DNA of 64,000 bases from assembly GCF_054482525.1 (NCBI RefSeq), contig NZ_CM137006.1; one strand, given 5' to 3'. The number at the start of each line of letters is the position of its first letter. The stretch's first letter is position 1. Under the pieces are notes generated by a model, which was not told the origin of the DNA, searched no databases, and worked only from the letters and a program-made list of their open reading frames with translations. The translations under genes were made by a program, and so were the position numbers. Shown here piece by piece: positions 1 through 10,834 of the stretch.

Positions 1-327
<327 letters not shown>

Positions 328-332
328 CCCTG

Positions 333-363
333 ACGGCCTCTGCGGAGGCCGTCACTCTTTATT
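333..363. terminator. stem-loop (acggcctc/gaggccgt) plus T-rich tail between convergent pntB and tqsA
   Basis: 8-bp perfect inverted repeat 333-340/345-352 followed by cactctttatt; seen directly. Confidence 0.5.
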
Positions 364-1386
364 GAGATCGCTTAACAGAACGGCGATGATTTGACCTCCC
401 GCTGTTTGTTCAAGCGCAATTTTGACAATAATTGTCAACGGCACGGAAAGCAGCATACCCACCGGTCCTAACAACCATCCCCAAAAAATCAACGACAAAA
501 ATACCACCAATGTGGAAAGCCCCAGCCCACGCCCCATGATGCGTGGCTCCAGAATATTGCCGAAGACCAGATTAATCAGCAGATATCCCGCCAGCACCAG
601 CAACGCTTCGTAGAAGCCATTAAACACCAGTACCTGAGCGATAGGGGGGATTGCCGCGAGAACTGAACCAATATTAGGGATGTAATTAAGCGCAAAGGCC
701 AGCAATCCCCAGACAAAAGCGAAGCGAACATCGAGTGCGGCGAGCATCGCCCAGGCGACCAGGCCGGTGATGATGCTGATGGCTGTTTTCAGCACCAGAT
801 AATGAGACACACTGTCAATCGCACGCTGAATCGCCGCCATCCCTTCAACCGGACGCGCCATCATTTGCTGAAATTTTCCGGGCAATTGTGGCACTTCGAG
901 CAGCATAAACAGCACCGTCAGCAGCAATAAAAAGATTGATGACATGGCATTAGATAACTGCGTCAATAAGTTGGTGAGCAACGTCATCGCCGCGTTCGGA
1001 TCAATGTAATGCGCCAGTTGGTCAACTGAGACGTCAATCCCTACGCGTTGCAACAACGGTTCAAGAGCTTGCAGCGGCGTCATAATAGAGTTGCGATATT
1101 GCGGTAACGTCCGCGTCAATTCGTTGAGCGCGGAACCCAGATAAGCTAACAGCAACACCATCGCCATCACGATGATGGTCATCAAAATCGACACCGCCAG
1201 TACACGCGGCACTCGCCAGCGGACCATGTGTTGCACCAGCGGGTTAAGAATAACAGCAATAAATAATGCGAGAATAAACGGCACGATGATCTCGGCGGCA
1301 AAACGGATACCGCAGAGAATAATGACCAGCATTCCCAACATAATGACGATTTTTAGGCCATTGAGCGTGATGATCGGCTTTGCCAT
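352..1386 (-). CDS. tqsA: AI-2 exporter TqsA (YdgG), AI-2E family membrane protein
   Basis: 344-aa hydrophobic ORF; sequence and position next to pntB match K-12 TqsA as recalled. Confidence 0.88.
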   Translation of the reverse strand: MAKPIITLNGLKIVIMLGMLVIILCGIRFAAEIIVPFILALFIAVILNPLVQHMVRWRVPRVLAVSILMTIIVMAMVLLLAYLGSALNELTRTLPQYRNSIMTPLQALEPLLQRVGIDVSVDQLAHYIDPNAAMTLLTNLLTQLSNAMSSIFLLLLTVLFMLLEVPQLPGKFQQMMARPVEGMAAIQRAIDSVSHYLVLKTAISIITGLVAWAMLAALDVRFAFVWGLLAFALNYIPNIGSVLAAIPPIAQVLVFNGFYEALLVLAGYLLINLVFGNILEPRIMGRGLGLSTLVVFLSLIFWGWLLGPVGMLLSVPLTIIVKIALEQTAGGQIIAVLLSDLNKE

Positions 1387-1797
1387 GCTTGTCCCCGTTT
1401 TTTCTTCCTTTGCTAATAATAATGTCTTTTTCGCTCCGTCATCATAACGAAAATCAAACCGCTCAGGTAAAGAAGTGAAAATATTTTGAGTTAATTCTTA
1501 AGCTATGATACAAATCAGGCGTGTTCAACTACCGAGGACAATTATCATCCGCGATGACGAGAAGCAACACTGCGGATAATTGTAATATTATGGACAATTT
1601 GTTCAGGACGTTATTTTCTACATTTACCCATCTTCGTACCTCATCCACTATCTTGCTCGTAGGTGAGCAGCACTGGCGCAACGCGCTTTAGTCCTTTCTT
1701 CTGCCAAAGCTTGCGCCATGCGCGGGGCTTGACCACTTTACTTTGGTTTCGCTGAATTAAGCGAAAATTAAAATAATTCTCTTGCAGGAGAAGGACA

Positions 1798-2163
1798 ATG
1801 TATATTTATTGGATTTTATTAGGTCTGGCTATTGCTACAGAAATTACCGGTACGCTGTCTATGAAATGGGCGAGCGTCAGTGAGGGAAATGGCGGCTTTA
1901 TTTTAATGCTGGTGATGATTTCTCTGTCGTATATATTTCTCTCTTTCGCCGTTAAAAAGATCGCCTTAGGCGTGGCTTATGCGCTGTGGGAAGGTATCGG
2001 TATTTTATTTATTACCTTGTTTAGCGTTTTGTTATTCGACGAAAGTTTATCGCTGATGAAAATTGCCGGGTTAACCACCCTGGTCGCCGGGATTGTATTG
2101 ATCAAATCAGGTACTCGTAAAGCGCGTAAACCTGAACTGGAGGTGAACCATGGCGCAGTTTGA
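1798..2163 (+). CDS. mdtJ: spermidine export protein MdtJ (SMR family)
   Basis: 121-aa four-helix small membrane protein; RBS caggagaaggac upstream of ATG; overlaps mdtI start by 14 nt. Confidence 0.9.
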
Positions 2164-2479
2164 ATGGGTTCACGCCGCCTGGCTGGCATTGGCAATCGTG
2201 CTGGAAATCGTTGCTAACGTCTTTTTGAAATTTTCTGACGGCTTTCGTCGCAAAATATTTGGCTTGCTCTCTCTGGCGGCGGTGCTGGCTGCCTTTAGTG
2301 CGCTTTCTCAGGCCGTTAAAGGGATCGACTTGTCTGTCGCTTATGCATTGTGGGGCGGATTTGGTATTGCCGCCACGTTAGCCGCAGGTTGGATCTTGTT
2401 TGGTCAACGGTTAAATCGTAAAGGCTGGATTGGCCTGGTCTTGCTGTTGGCTGGAATGATCATGGTGAAACTTGCCTGA
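2150..2479 (+). CDS. mdtI: spermidine export protein MdtI (SMR family)
   Basis: 109-aa SMR-like membrane ORF translationally coupled to mdtJ. Confidence 0.9.
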
Positions 2480-2517
2480 TGAACACGCTGTCCGCGCTGT
2501 CGGGCAGCGTTTGAACA

Positions 2518-3339
2518 TTATTTTTGCGACAGTTGATCCAGCCTGTCGCGAAAACCGGTAACAGAAATGGCCCGGTTATCGGCGCGCCAGCGATCTTTCG
2601 CGGCAGGAGCCGAACTTTGCACCCCAATTAATTGCCAGCCGTCATCGGTATGCAACATCAGAGGCGAACCGCTGTCACCCGGCAAGGTATCGCACTGATG
2701 TGACATCACCGACGTTTGCGCCCAGCCAGTCACTTCACAGTTTTGATGACTGTACAACGTATCGAGATGATCTTCAGGGTATCCCGCCTGAGTCACTTTA
2801 CGACCTGCCTCTTTTAATGCGGCGGTAAGCGCGGCTTTATCTCCCTCAAATAACGGCAACGGTGTAATGCCAGAAGGGGGATTACGTAGCACAATCAAAC
2901 CGAAGTCCCAGGGCGCAGCTGCGGGAGGTACAATCCAGCCATCCCCATCTGCTTTTAACCGCTTTCCCAGTGTCGGATCAACGCGGCCTTCTATGTCGTG
3001 GATCTCATAGCGCCAAAGACCTTTATTTGACACGAAACGCAGCGCTACCGCTTTATCGGCTTTACCCTTTGGCGGCGTCAATAAACAGTGTCCTGCCGTT
3101 AATGCCAGATTGGGTGCAATCAGCGTCGCCGTACATAAATTGCCGCTGGCCGTTTCCAGTTGGCCAACCGCATCCCACGGTGATTGGGTCGTGTCATTCA
3201 CTGGCACACGATCATCATGACCAAAAAACAGGGTGCTGACCTCATCGTTTGCCGATTTGGCAACGTCTGGTTTATCTGCAAACACAAAAGCAGACGTCAA
3301 ACTAATTGCACCCAACACTACAGCAATGGTTGTACGCAT
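2518..3339 (-). CDS. ydgD: secreted trypsin-like serine protease YdgD
   Basis: 273 aa with N-terminal signal peptide; catalytic motifs LTAGHC and GDSGSP visible in translation. Confidence 0.85.
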   Translation of the reverse strand: MRTTIAVVLGAISLTSAFVFADKPDVAKSANDEVSTLFFGHDDRVPVNDTTQSPWDAVGQLETASGNLCTATLIAPNLALTAGHCLLTPPKGKADKAVALRFVSNKGLWRYEIHDIEGRVDPTLGKRLKADGDGWIVPPAAAPWDFGLIVLRNPPSGITPLPLFEGDKAALTAALKEAGRKVTQAGYPEDHLDTLYSHQNCEVTGWAQTSVMSHQCDTLPGDSGSPLMLHTDDGWQLIGVQSSAPAAKDRWRADNRAISVTGFRDRLDQLSQK

Positions 3340-3438
3340 ATCACACTCTGGTGGGTAATTATGATTATTAAAAGCAAACCCTCATAAATACTATAGACGG
3401 GACGGGATGAAAGTGGGAGTAAAATCAGATAACTACGA

Positions 3439-3522
3439 TCAGGAAAGATAAAAACGGGCGGCAATCAGTGCGCATAAAATAAGGATGATAAGAATGAACT
3501 CAAAGCGATAACGGCCCACCAT
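3439..3522 (-). CDS. ydgU: 27-aa small hydrophobic protein (YdgU-like), MVGRYRFEFILIILILCALIAARFYLS
   Basis: ATG preceded by GGAGGG Shine-Dalgarno at correct spacing, TGA stop; single TM-like segment; below ORF-track size cutoff; name recalled from K-12 small-protein set, not verified. Confidence 0.55.
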   Translation of the reverse strand: MVGRYRFEFILIILILCALIAARFYLS

Positions 3523-3540
3523 ACTACCCTCCGCTAAAGG

Positions 3541-3596
3541 CGGTGCTAAACGTTACCTGCTTAGCACCGTAATTTTCAGGCGCGAGGGGGCGCGCC
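3541..3596 (-). terminator. two GC-rich stem-loops immediately downstream of asr
   Basis: inverted repeats ggcgcg/cgcgcc (3579-3596) and cggtgctaa/ttagcaccg (3541-3569); no clean U-tract. Confidence 0.35.
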
Positions 3597-3614
3597 AGCG
3601 TTACTGTTGAAAAC

Positions 3615-3923
3615 TTACGCTGCGGGTTGTGCAGCAGGTTTTGCCGGTTGCTGATGGCTGTGTTTCTTGGCGTGTTTCTTCGCTGCCTGCGCTTTTTGTT
3701 CAGGAGCTTTCTGTTCAGCTTTCGCATTTTTATGATGCTTTTTAGCCGCCTGCGCTTTCTGGGCAGGTGCTGCTTTATGCTGTTTTTTATGATGTGTGGT
3801 TTTCGCAGGCGCTGCTTTGGTGGTCGTCGCAGTCGGAGCAGGTGTGGTCACAGTCTCTGCAGCAAAGGCAGCAGAAGACAGACCCATAGCAGCGGCAACA
3901 ACCAGAGCTAATACTTTTTTCAT
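3615..3923 (-). CDS. asr: acid shock protein Asr (102 aa; Ala/Lys/Gln-rich periplasmic protein)
   Basis: low-complexity [13 protein letters not shown] repeats and signal peptide; start placed at MKKVLALVV (an in-frame ATG 27 nt upstream also exists). Confidence 0.88.
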   Translation of the reverse strand: MKKVLALVVAAAMGLSSAAFAAETVTTPAPTATTTKAAPAKTTHHKKQHKAAPAQKAQAAKKHHKNAKAEQKAPEQKAQAAKKHAKKHSHQQPAKPAAQPAA

Positions 3924-4307
3924 TGTCATACCCTCAATTTGTTTTTTCATTTAACCCCACTGCGGGGCCGTTGAAATAACTATATCCCTGGGAATGGCAG
4001 ACTTCCGTGAGTGGTTGGTTTCAGCGTGTAACGATATGTACAAACGCTGAATAAATTACAGCATTGATAATAACGTATTGTGACTTAAGGAAAATTTAGC
4101 TACCAATAATAGTAGTCTTGATCGGGTTAACTATTTTACTACTTACAAAGCGGTAGAATAACTGCGCATCAGTAATAAATGACACACAGCAAAATGAATC
4201 CGTTTATTTGGGTACTTATAATCCTGATGACGCTAGATGCGCTGCGGGAATTGGCTGGCGCTTCGTCTATTTTAGGATGGCTATTAACGTTGGTTTGAGC
4301 AGGCAAT

Positions 4308-4347
4308 AAGTCCGGATGGGTATTTACCGCAGTCCGGACTTATTTTT
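4308..4347 (+). terminator. plus-strand-oriented intrinsic terminator-like hairpin (aagtccgga/tccggactt) followed by ATTTTTA
   Basis: perfect stem 4305-4316/4333-4344 then T-run; overlaps ynfM stop; see finding on candidate leaderless ORF. Confidence 0.4.
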
Positions 4348-5599
4348 AGGCGTGCAGACGACGATGCAAACGCGTCCCGACCAGCAGAGCAATGACCAGC
4401 ATCAGAGCAATAAATGCGCCGACGCCGTTCCAGCCATAGTTATGCCAGAAAACACCACCCAGCGTCCCGGCAATACTCGACCCCAGATAGTAACTGAACA
4501 GATACAGCGAAGAGGCCTGGCCTTTAGCGCGTTTTGCGCGGGGGCCGATCCAGCTGCTGGCTACTGAGTGGGCTGCGAAGAATCCGGCTGAGAAGAGTAA
4601 CATTCCGGCAAAGATCAGCCACAGCGAGCTGAATAAGGTCATCAATAAACCAAACAGCATAACCCCCGTCGAAAACAACATCACCGGACCGCGCCCATAG
4701 CGGGTGGTCATGGTTCCGGCTTTTGGTGAGCTCCATGTACCGGTCAAATAAGCCAGCGATAATAAGCCAACCACGGCCTGGCTGACATGCCAGGGGGAGA
4801 GCATCAACCGATAGCCGATGTAATTAAACAGCGTGACGAACGACCCCATCAGCAAAAAGCCTTCTGCGAACAATAACGGTAATCCCCGGTCACGCCAGTG
4901 CAGACGAAAGTTGATAAACAACGTCTTAGGTCGCAGCGAAGTCGGACGAAAATGGCGTGATTCCGGGAGGATTTTCCAGAACATTAACGCCGAGGCCAGC
5001 GCGAAACAACCGATTGCCGCCAGCGCAATTCGCCAGTTGAAAAAGTCCGTGAAGACACCGCTAATTAAGCGTCCGCTCATGCCGCCAATTGAGTTGCCGC
5101 TGATATACAACCCCATCGAAAAGGCCACGAAACTGGGGTGGATTTCCTCGCTAAGATAAGTCATGCCGACAGCTGCTACGCCACTTAACGAAAGCCCAAT
5201 CAAGGCGCGCATAATCAAAATGCCGTGCCAGCTGGTCATCATTGTCGAAAGTAACGTACAAATGGAGGCCAACAGTAGCGCCGTTACCATCACTGGTTTG
5301 CGACCAATGGCATCAGATAACGGGCCAGTAAACAGCAAACCGATAGCCAACATCGCCGTAGAAATGGACAGTGAAATACTACTGTTCGCGGGCGTTAAGC
5401 CAAACTCCTGCGAAAGCACCGGAAGGATAGGTTGCACACAATAGAGAAGTGCGAAGGTTGCCAGTCCGGCAGAGAACAGCGCCAGGGTGACGCGCATAAA
5501 TTGCGGCGTACCGCGTTTAATAAATTGATTTGGCTGAGAAATGCTTTGCTTGTCAGTGTCGCTTGCCGGAGCGCCATCAACAGTTGTAGTACGGCTCAC
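4346..5599 (-). CDS. ynfM: MFS transporter YnfM
   Basis: 417-aa 12-TM-type ORF recognised as YnfM. Confidence 0.88.
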   Translation of the reverse strand: MSRTTTVDGAPASDTDKQSISQPNQFIKRGTPQFMRVTLALFSAGLATFALLYCVQPILPVLSQEFGLTPANSSISLSISTAMLAIGLLFTGPLSDAIGRKPVMVTALLLASICTLLSTMMTSWHGILIMRALIGLSLSGVAAVGMTYLSEEIHPSFVAFSMGLYISGNSIGGMSGRLISGVFTDFFNWRIALAAIGCFALASALMFWKILPESRHFRPTSLRPKTLFINFRLHWRDRGLPLLFAEGFLLMGSFVTLFNYIGYRLMLSPWHVSQAVVGLLSLAYLTGTWSSPKAGTMTTRYGRGPVMLFSTGVMLFGLLMTLFSSLWLIFAGMLLFSAGFFAAHSVASSWIGPRAKRAKGQASSLYLFSYYLGSSIAGTLGGVFWHNYGWNGVGAFIALMLVIALLVGTRLHRRLHA

Positions 5600-5705
5600 T
5601 TGAAATCCTTGCTAAATATGCCTGTGGATCAGGCTTATACATAGGGTAGGAAAATCGAATTGTTCTGTCTAATATATTAATAATCTCAAATAAGATGTTT
5701 TAAAT

Positions 5706-6599
5706 ATGAATATTGAACTTCGTCATCTGCGTTACTTTGTTGCTGTTGCTGAAGAGCTGCATTTCGGGCGCGCCGCTGCCCGCCTGAATATTTCGCAACC
5801 GCCGCTAAGTCAGCAGATTCAGGCGCTGGAGCAACAAATCGGTGCCCGACTGCTGGCACGAACTAATCGCAGTGTATTGCTGACGGCAGCAGGAAAACAG
5901 TTTCTTGCAGATAGTCGGCAAATCCTGTCTATGGTGGATGACGCTGCCGCTCGAGCTGAAAGACTGCATCAGGGTGAAGCGGGGGAGTTGCGCATTGGTT
6001 TTACTTCGTCCGCTCCTTTTATTCGGGCGGTGTCCGATACGTTATCGCTGTTTCGCCGTGATTATCCCGATGTCCATTTACAAACCCGCGAAATGAACAC
6101 TCGCGAGCAAATCGCCCCGCTCATTGAAGGAACGCTGGATATGGGATTGCTGCGTAACACAGCGTTACCGGAGACGCTTGAACACGCAGTCATCGTCCAT
6201 GAACCGCTTATGGCGATGATCCCGCACGATCATCCCCTGGCAAATAACCCGAATGTAACGCTGGCTGACCTGGCGAAAGAACCCTTTGTCTTTTTTGATC
6301 CGCACGTCGGGACAGGGCTGTATGACGATATTCTCGGACTGATGCGACGTTACCATTTGACGCCCGTCATCACTCAGGAGGTGGGCGAGGCAATGACCAT
6401 CATCGGTCTGGTTTCCGCCGGTCTGGGTGTTTCAATTTTGCCTGCGTCATTTAAACGTGTTCAGCTCAACGAAATGCGCTGGGTGCCGATTGCTGAAGAG
6501 GATGCGGTTTCTGAAATGTGGTTGGTCTGGCCGAAACATCATGAACAAAGTCCAGCTGCGCGTAACTTTCGTATTCATCTGCTGAATGCTCTCAGGTGA
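5706..6599 (+). CDS. ynfL: LysR-family transcriptional regulator YnfL
   Basis: 297 aa; N-terminal LysR HTH (LRHLRYFVAVAEELHFGRAA); divergent from ynfM. Confidence 0.88.
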   Translation: MNIELRHLRYFVAVAEELHFGRAAARLNISQPPLSQQIQALEQQIGARLLARTNRSVLLTAAGKQFLADSRQILSMVDDAAARAERLHQGEAGELRIGFTSSAPFIRAVSDTLSLFRRDYPDVHLQTREMNTREQIAPLIEGTLDMGLLRNTALPETLEHAVIVHEPLMAMIPHDHPLANNPNVTLADLAKEPFVFFDPHVGTGLYDDILGLMRRYHLTPVITQEVGEAMTIIGLVSAGLGVSILPASFKRVQLNEMRWVPIAEEDAVSEMWLVWPKHHEQSPAARNFRIHLLNALR

Positions 6600-6733
6600 G
6601 GGAAATTTCAGCGAAAAAGCCCGAAAAATGTGCTGTTAATCACATGCCTAAGTAAAAATTTGACGACACGTATTGAAGTGCTTCACCATAGCCTACAGAT
6701 TATTTCGGAGCGCGAAAATATAGGGAGTATGCG

Positions 6734-7954
6734 GTGGTTGCTGAAAACCAGCCTGGGCACATTGATCAAATAAAGCAGACCAACGCGGGCGCGGTTTATC
6801 GCCTGATTGATCAGCTTGGTCCAGTCTCGCGTATCGATCTTTCCCGTCTGGCGCAACTGGCTCCTGCCAGTATCACTAAAATTGTCCGTGAGATGCTCGA
6901 AGCACACCTGGTACAAGAGCTGGAAATCAAAGAAGCGGGGAACCGTGGCCGTCCGGCAGTGGGGCTAGTGGTTGAAACTGAAGCCTGGCACTATCTTTCT
7001 CTGCGCATTAGTCGCGGGGAGATTTTCCTTGCTTTGCGCGATCTGAGCAGCAAACTGGTAGTGGAGGAGTCGCAGGAACTGGCGTTAAAAGATGACTCGC
7101 CATTGCTGGATCGTATCATTTCCCATATCGATCAGTTTTTTATCCGCCACCAGAAAAAACTTGAGCGTCTGACTTCGATTGCCATAACCTTGCCGGGAAT
7201 TATTGATACGGAAAATGGTATTGTACATCGCATGCCGTTCTACGAGGATGTAAAAGAGATGCCGCTCGGCGAGGCGCTGGAGCAGCATACCGGCGTACCG
7301 GTTTATATTCAGCATGATATCAGCGCATGGACGATGGCTGAGGCCTTGTTTGGTGCCTCACGCGGGGCGCGCGATGTGATTCAGGTGGTTATTGATCACA
7401 ACGTGGGGGCGGGCGTCATTACCGATGGTCATCTGCTACACGCAGGCAGCAGTAGCCTCGTGGAAATAGGTCACACGCAGGTCGACCCGTATGGGAAACG
7501 CTGTTATTGCGGGAATCACGGTTGCCTCGAAACCATCGCCAGTGTGGACAGTATTCTTGAGCTGGCACAGCTGCGTCTCAATCAATCCATGAGCTCGATG
7601 TTACATGGACAACCGTTAACCGTGGACTCATTGTGTCAGGCGGCATTGCGCGGCGATCTACTGGCAAAAGACATCATTACCGGGGTAGGCGCGCATGTCG
7701 GTCGCATTCTTGCCATCATGGTGAATTTATTTAACCCGCAAAAAATACTGATTGGCTCACCGTTAAGTAAAGCGGCAGATATCCTCTTCCCGGTCATCTC
7801 GGACAGCATCCGTCAGCAGGCCCTTCCTGCGTATAGTCAGCACATTAGCGTTGAGAGTACTCAGTTTTCTAACCAGGGTACGATGGCAGGGGCTGCGCTG
7901 GTAAAAGACGCGATGTATAACGGTTCTTTGTTGATTCGTCTGTTGCAGGGTTAA
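6734..7954 (+). CDS. mlc: ROK-family global repressor Mlc (DgsA)
   Basis: 406 aa from GTG start; ROK motifs and C-terminal CxCGxxGC zinc motif (CYCGNHGC) visible. Confidence 0.92.
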   Translation: MVAENQPGHIDQIKQTNAGAVYRLIDQLGPVSRIDLSRLAQLAPASITKIVREMLEAHLVQELEIKEAGNRGRPAVGLVVETEAWHYLSLRISRGEIFLALRDLSSKLVVEESQELALKDDSPLLDRIISHIDQFFIRHQKKLERLTSIAITLPGIIDTENGIVHRMPFYEDVKEMPLGEALEQHTGVPVYIQHDISAWTMAEALFGASRGARDVIQVVIDHNVGAGVITDGHLLHAGSSSLVEIGHTQVDPYGKRCYCGNHGCLETIASVDSILELAQLRLNQSMSSMLHGQPLTVDSLCQAALRGDLLAKDIITGVGAHVGRILAIMVNLFNPQKILIGSPLSKAADILFPVISDSIRQQALPAYSQHISVESTQFSNQGTMAGAALVKDAMYNGSLLIRLLQG

Positions 7955-8078
7955 CATTTTTTAACTGTTCTACCAAAATTTGCGCTATCTCAATTTGGGC
8001 CAGGAAAGCATAACTTAGACTTTCAAGGTTAATTATTTTCCTGGTTTATATTTGTGAAGCATAACGGTGGAGTTAGTG

Positions 8079-8774
8079 ATGCTGAAGCGTTTCTTTATTA
8101 CCGGTACAGACACTTCTGTAGGGAAAACGGTGGTTTCCCGCGCATTGCTACAAGCGTTAGCCTCCCAGGGAAAAACGGTTGCGGGATATAAACCCGTAGC
8201 GAAGGGGAGCAAAGAGACACCCGAAGGGCTGCGTAATAAAGATGCCCTGGTGTTGCAGAGTGTTTCAACCATCGAACTGCCTTATGAAGCAGTTAATCCT
8301 ATCGCGTTAAGCGAAGAAGAAAGTAGCGTGGCGCACAGTTGCCCAATCAATTACACCCTCATTTCAAACGGCCTGGCAAACCTGACCGATAAAGTCGATC
8401 ATGTCGTGGTAGAAGGGACTGGCGGCTGGCGCAGTCTGATGAATGATTTGCGTCCGCTCTCTGAATGGGTGGTGCAGGAACAACTGCCGGTATTGATGGT
8501 TGTCGGTATTCAGGAAGGTTGCATTAACCATGCACTACTAACAGCTCAGGCGATCGCCAACGACGGGCTACCGCTCATTGGCTGGGTGGCTAACCGAATC
8601 AATCCAGGACTTGCGCATTATGCGGAAATCATTGATGTGCTCGGTAAAAAACTTCCGGCACCGCTCATTGGTGAACTGCCTTATCTGCCGCGCGCCGAAC
8701 AGCGTGAACTGGGGCAATACATCCGCTTAGCTATGCTTCGCAGTGTGCTGGCGGTAGATAGAGTCACGGTGTAA
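8079..8774 (+). CDS. ynfK: dethiobiotin synthetase paralogue YnfK (BioD2)
   Basis: 231 aa from [17 protein letters not shown] (P-loop); ORF-track start is 12 nt upstream; 3' end overlaps convergent clcB. Confidence 0.88.
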   Translation: MLKRFFITGTDTSVGKTVVSRALLQALASQGKTVAGYKPVAKGSKETPEGLRNKDALVLQSVSTIELPYEAVNPIALSEEESSVAHSCPINYTLISNGLANLTDKVDHVVVEGTGGWRSLMNDLRPLSEWVVQEQLPVLMVVGIQEGCINHALLTAQAIANDGLPLIGWVANRINPGLAHYAEIIDVLGKKLPAPLIGELPYLPRAEQRELGQYIRLAMLRSVLAVDRVTV

Positions 8775-9983
8775 CGTCCGCGAAATTACCGACGCAATTA
8801 CGCAGGCAATCAATAAACCGGGGAGTAGCTGATACTCCCCGGTCATTTCACATATCATCAACGTCGACATAATCGGCGCGTGCGTGGTTGCCGCCAACAG
8901 TGTCGCCATCCCGGTCAATCCGAGTAAAAGCGTAATTTCTTCGCCATCAGGGAACCATAATCCCAGGCTACGACCATACAACATGCCAATGGCAAGACCG
9001 ATAAATAGCGTCGGTGTAAAGACACCACCGGGCGCGCCAGAACCACTACTCGCCAGCACGGCAAACAGTTTACAGAGGAAGATCCCGGCAATGATCATTA
9101 ACAGTGGCGGGGCGGTTAAAAAGGATTGTACGGTGCTATAGCCGTTGCCCCACACTGCAGGTGTGAACAGGGAAAGCAGACCCACGATCAACCCGCCCAG
9201 TGCCAGTTGCCAGGGCGGCGCAAGTTTGTGACTTACAAATCCACGATGACAGGCGTTCATTAACGTTAACAACAGTGGTCCGCACAGACCTGCCAGCACA
9301 CCTGTACTGATAATCAGCGCATAGTCACGAGCCTGAACCGTCACTGAGAGTTGTACGCTGTAGAGTAACGCGTCGCTATGATTAATCAGATTGCTAACCA
9401 GCAACGCCACGACGGCGGAAATAATCACCGGGCCGAGAGAGGCCAACATCATAGTGCCAAACAGCACTTCGGCTATAAATAAACTGCCAGCAAGCGGGGC
9501 GCGATAGGCCGCAGCCATTCCCGCCGCAGCTCCACAGGCGATCCATAATTTCCACTCCTGGCGTGGCGTAAAACGTTGGGCAAAACAGGAGGCGGCAAGG
9601 GCAGCTAAAAGAATCATCGCACCTTCGCGACCAATTGCACTGCCGCTGGTTACTACCAGCAGAGAGGCAAGCGATTTAACCAGGCTTGCTGCGTAATCGA
9701 ACTGACCATCGGTTTGCAACGCTTCCATGTAATCGGTCGGCGCATGAGGGCGTTGCTGGGTAAATTTCTGCCAGCCCATCAACAACAAACCCGCCGCCAG
9801 TCCGCCGAGCGCCGGAGTTAGCAGCCGTCGCCACGGGGAAAGATTTGTCGCTGCATTGACCAGACTGCCGGAGTCATTATTGAGGAACAACCACTCCAGT
9901 AGCAGCATTGCATGACGAAACCCGGCAACGGCAAAGGCCGCAAGAATACCGACGACTGTTGCGATAAGCAGACGGCGGAACAT
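8727..9983 (-). CDS. clcB: voltage-gated ClC-type chloride channel ClcB
   Basis: 418-aa start at [11 protein letters not shown] inside a longer track ORF; multi-TM ClC-like sequence. Confidence 0.88.
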   Translation of the reverse strand: MFRRLLIATVVGILAAFAVAGFRHAMLLLEWLFLNNDSGSLVNAATNLSPWRRLLTPALGGLAAGLLLMGWQKFTQQRPHAPTDYMEALQTDGQFDYAASLVKSLASLLVVTSGSAIGREGAMILLAALAASCFAQRFTPRQEWKLWIACGAAAGMAAAYRAPLAGSLFIAEVLFGTMMLASLGPVIISAVVALLVSNLINHSDALLYSVQLSVTVQARDYALIISTGVLAGLCGPLLLTLMNACHRGFVSHKLAPPWQLALGGLIVGLLSLFTPAVWGNGYSTVQSFLTAPPLLMIIAGIFLCKLFAVLASSGSGAPGGVFTPTLFIGLAIGMLYGRSLGLWFPDGEEITLLLGLTGMATLLAATTHAPIMSTLMICEMTGEYQLLPGLLIACVIASVISRTLHRDSIYRQHTAKHS

Positions 9984-10177
9984 AGTGCGCAGATCCGGAT
10001 AGATGTGTAGATGATGCATGAGCAGAAATGGGCAATGAAACACGGGCGACTATTTTGCGGCAAAAGAGGCCAGCCGCAAAAGCAGTGCGTGCTTTAAGAG
10101 ATAAAAAAACGTGACACTGTAACCTATTATTGCCGAATTGCGCGTAATCGTCACCATCCGGCAATAATAAGGTGATC

Positions 10178-10792
10178 CTATCGAAAGAGTGGTTTAACCG
10201 CGACAGGAATTAACAGTTGTGATTGCCATTGCGCCAGCGTTAAGCGAGCCAGTTCACCCAGTGCACGGTAGAAAGGGTGTTCTGCTTTTTCGATAAAAAC
10301 GTCAAGAAAACGTGTTGACCACGGAAAAAGGTGCCATGCCAGCAATTCTTCGCATTCTGTCTGGCGACCATTCTCCGCCAACCACGCAGCCATCAAGAGC
10401 AGTGAACCAAAATGATCTTCCGGTTCGTTTTGCTTCATTTCAAACTGAATGCCTTTCTCGCGCATCCACTGACGAAGTGCCAATGTTGAATCGCCAAACA
10501 GCACAGATTCGCGATCCAGCCAGACCGACCCCCACGGCGGTGATGGCAGAGCCCACGGACCGACAAACAAACGCTGCCAGGCCTGGGCGCGAGTCTCTTC
10601 ACTCTGTGCCTGAAAAGCCGTCACCAGCGGCGCTAATGACGCTTCTGGTAGAGGCCACTGAGTTTCCCAGCCGTCACGGGTGAGTACCGCAACCAGAGGT
10701 GCGGCTTCCGCACTCTCTGGAGCGTAATAAAACAGCGCGCCCAACACGCGCGCCGCGACAGAAAAATTATCTTGCTGTGAAAAATGGGTCAT
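10178..10792 (-). CDS. dmsD: Tat proofreading chaperone DmsD (twin-arginine leader-binding protein)
   Basis: 204 aa from MTHFSQQDNFSVAARVLGALFYY; sits directly downstream of ynfH. Confidence 0.9.
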   Translation of the reverse strand: MTHFSQQDNFSVAARVLGALFYYAPESAEAAPLVAVLTRDGWETQWPLPEASLAPLVTAFQAQSEETRAQAWQRLFVGPWALPSPPWGSVWLDRESVLFGDSTLALRQWMREKGIQFEMKQNEPEDHFGSLLLMAAWLAENGRQTECEELLAWHLFPWSTRFLDVFIEKAEHPFYRALGELARLTLAQWQSQLLIPVAVKPLFR

Positions 10793-10834
10793 TCCTAACA
10801 TCCTGAAATGTGCGGGTTGCCCCGCACCAATTTG

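Noticed and set aside
3627-3911. 94-aa plus-strand ORF (Cys/Arg/Phe/Leu-rich) antisense to asr, and 67-aa minus ORF 3524-3727
   Set aside because: Mirror-image and alternate-frame artefacts of the low-complexity Ala/Lys-codon repeats of asr; no RBS; overlap a well-supported gene
9818-10164. Overlapping minus-strand ORFs 9818-10063 and 9877-10164 at the clcB 5' end
   Set aside because: Alternate frames over the clcB start/promoter region; Cys/Ser-rich, no homology signal
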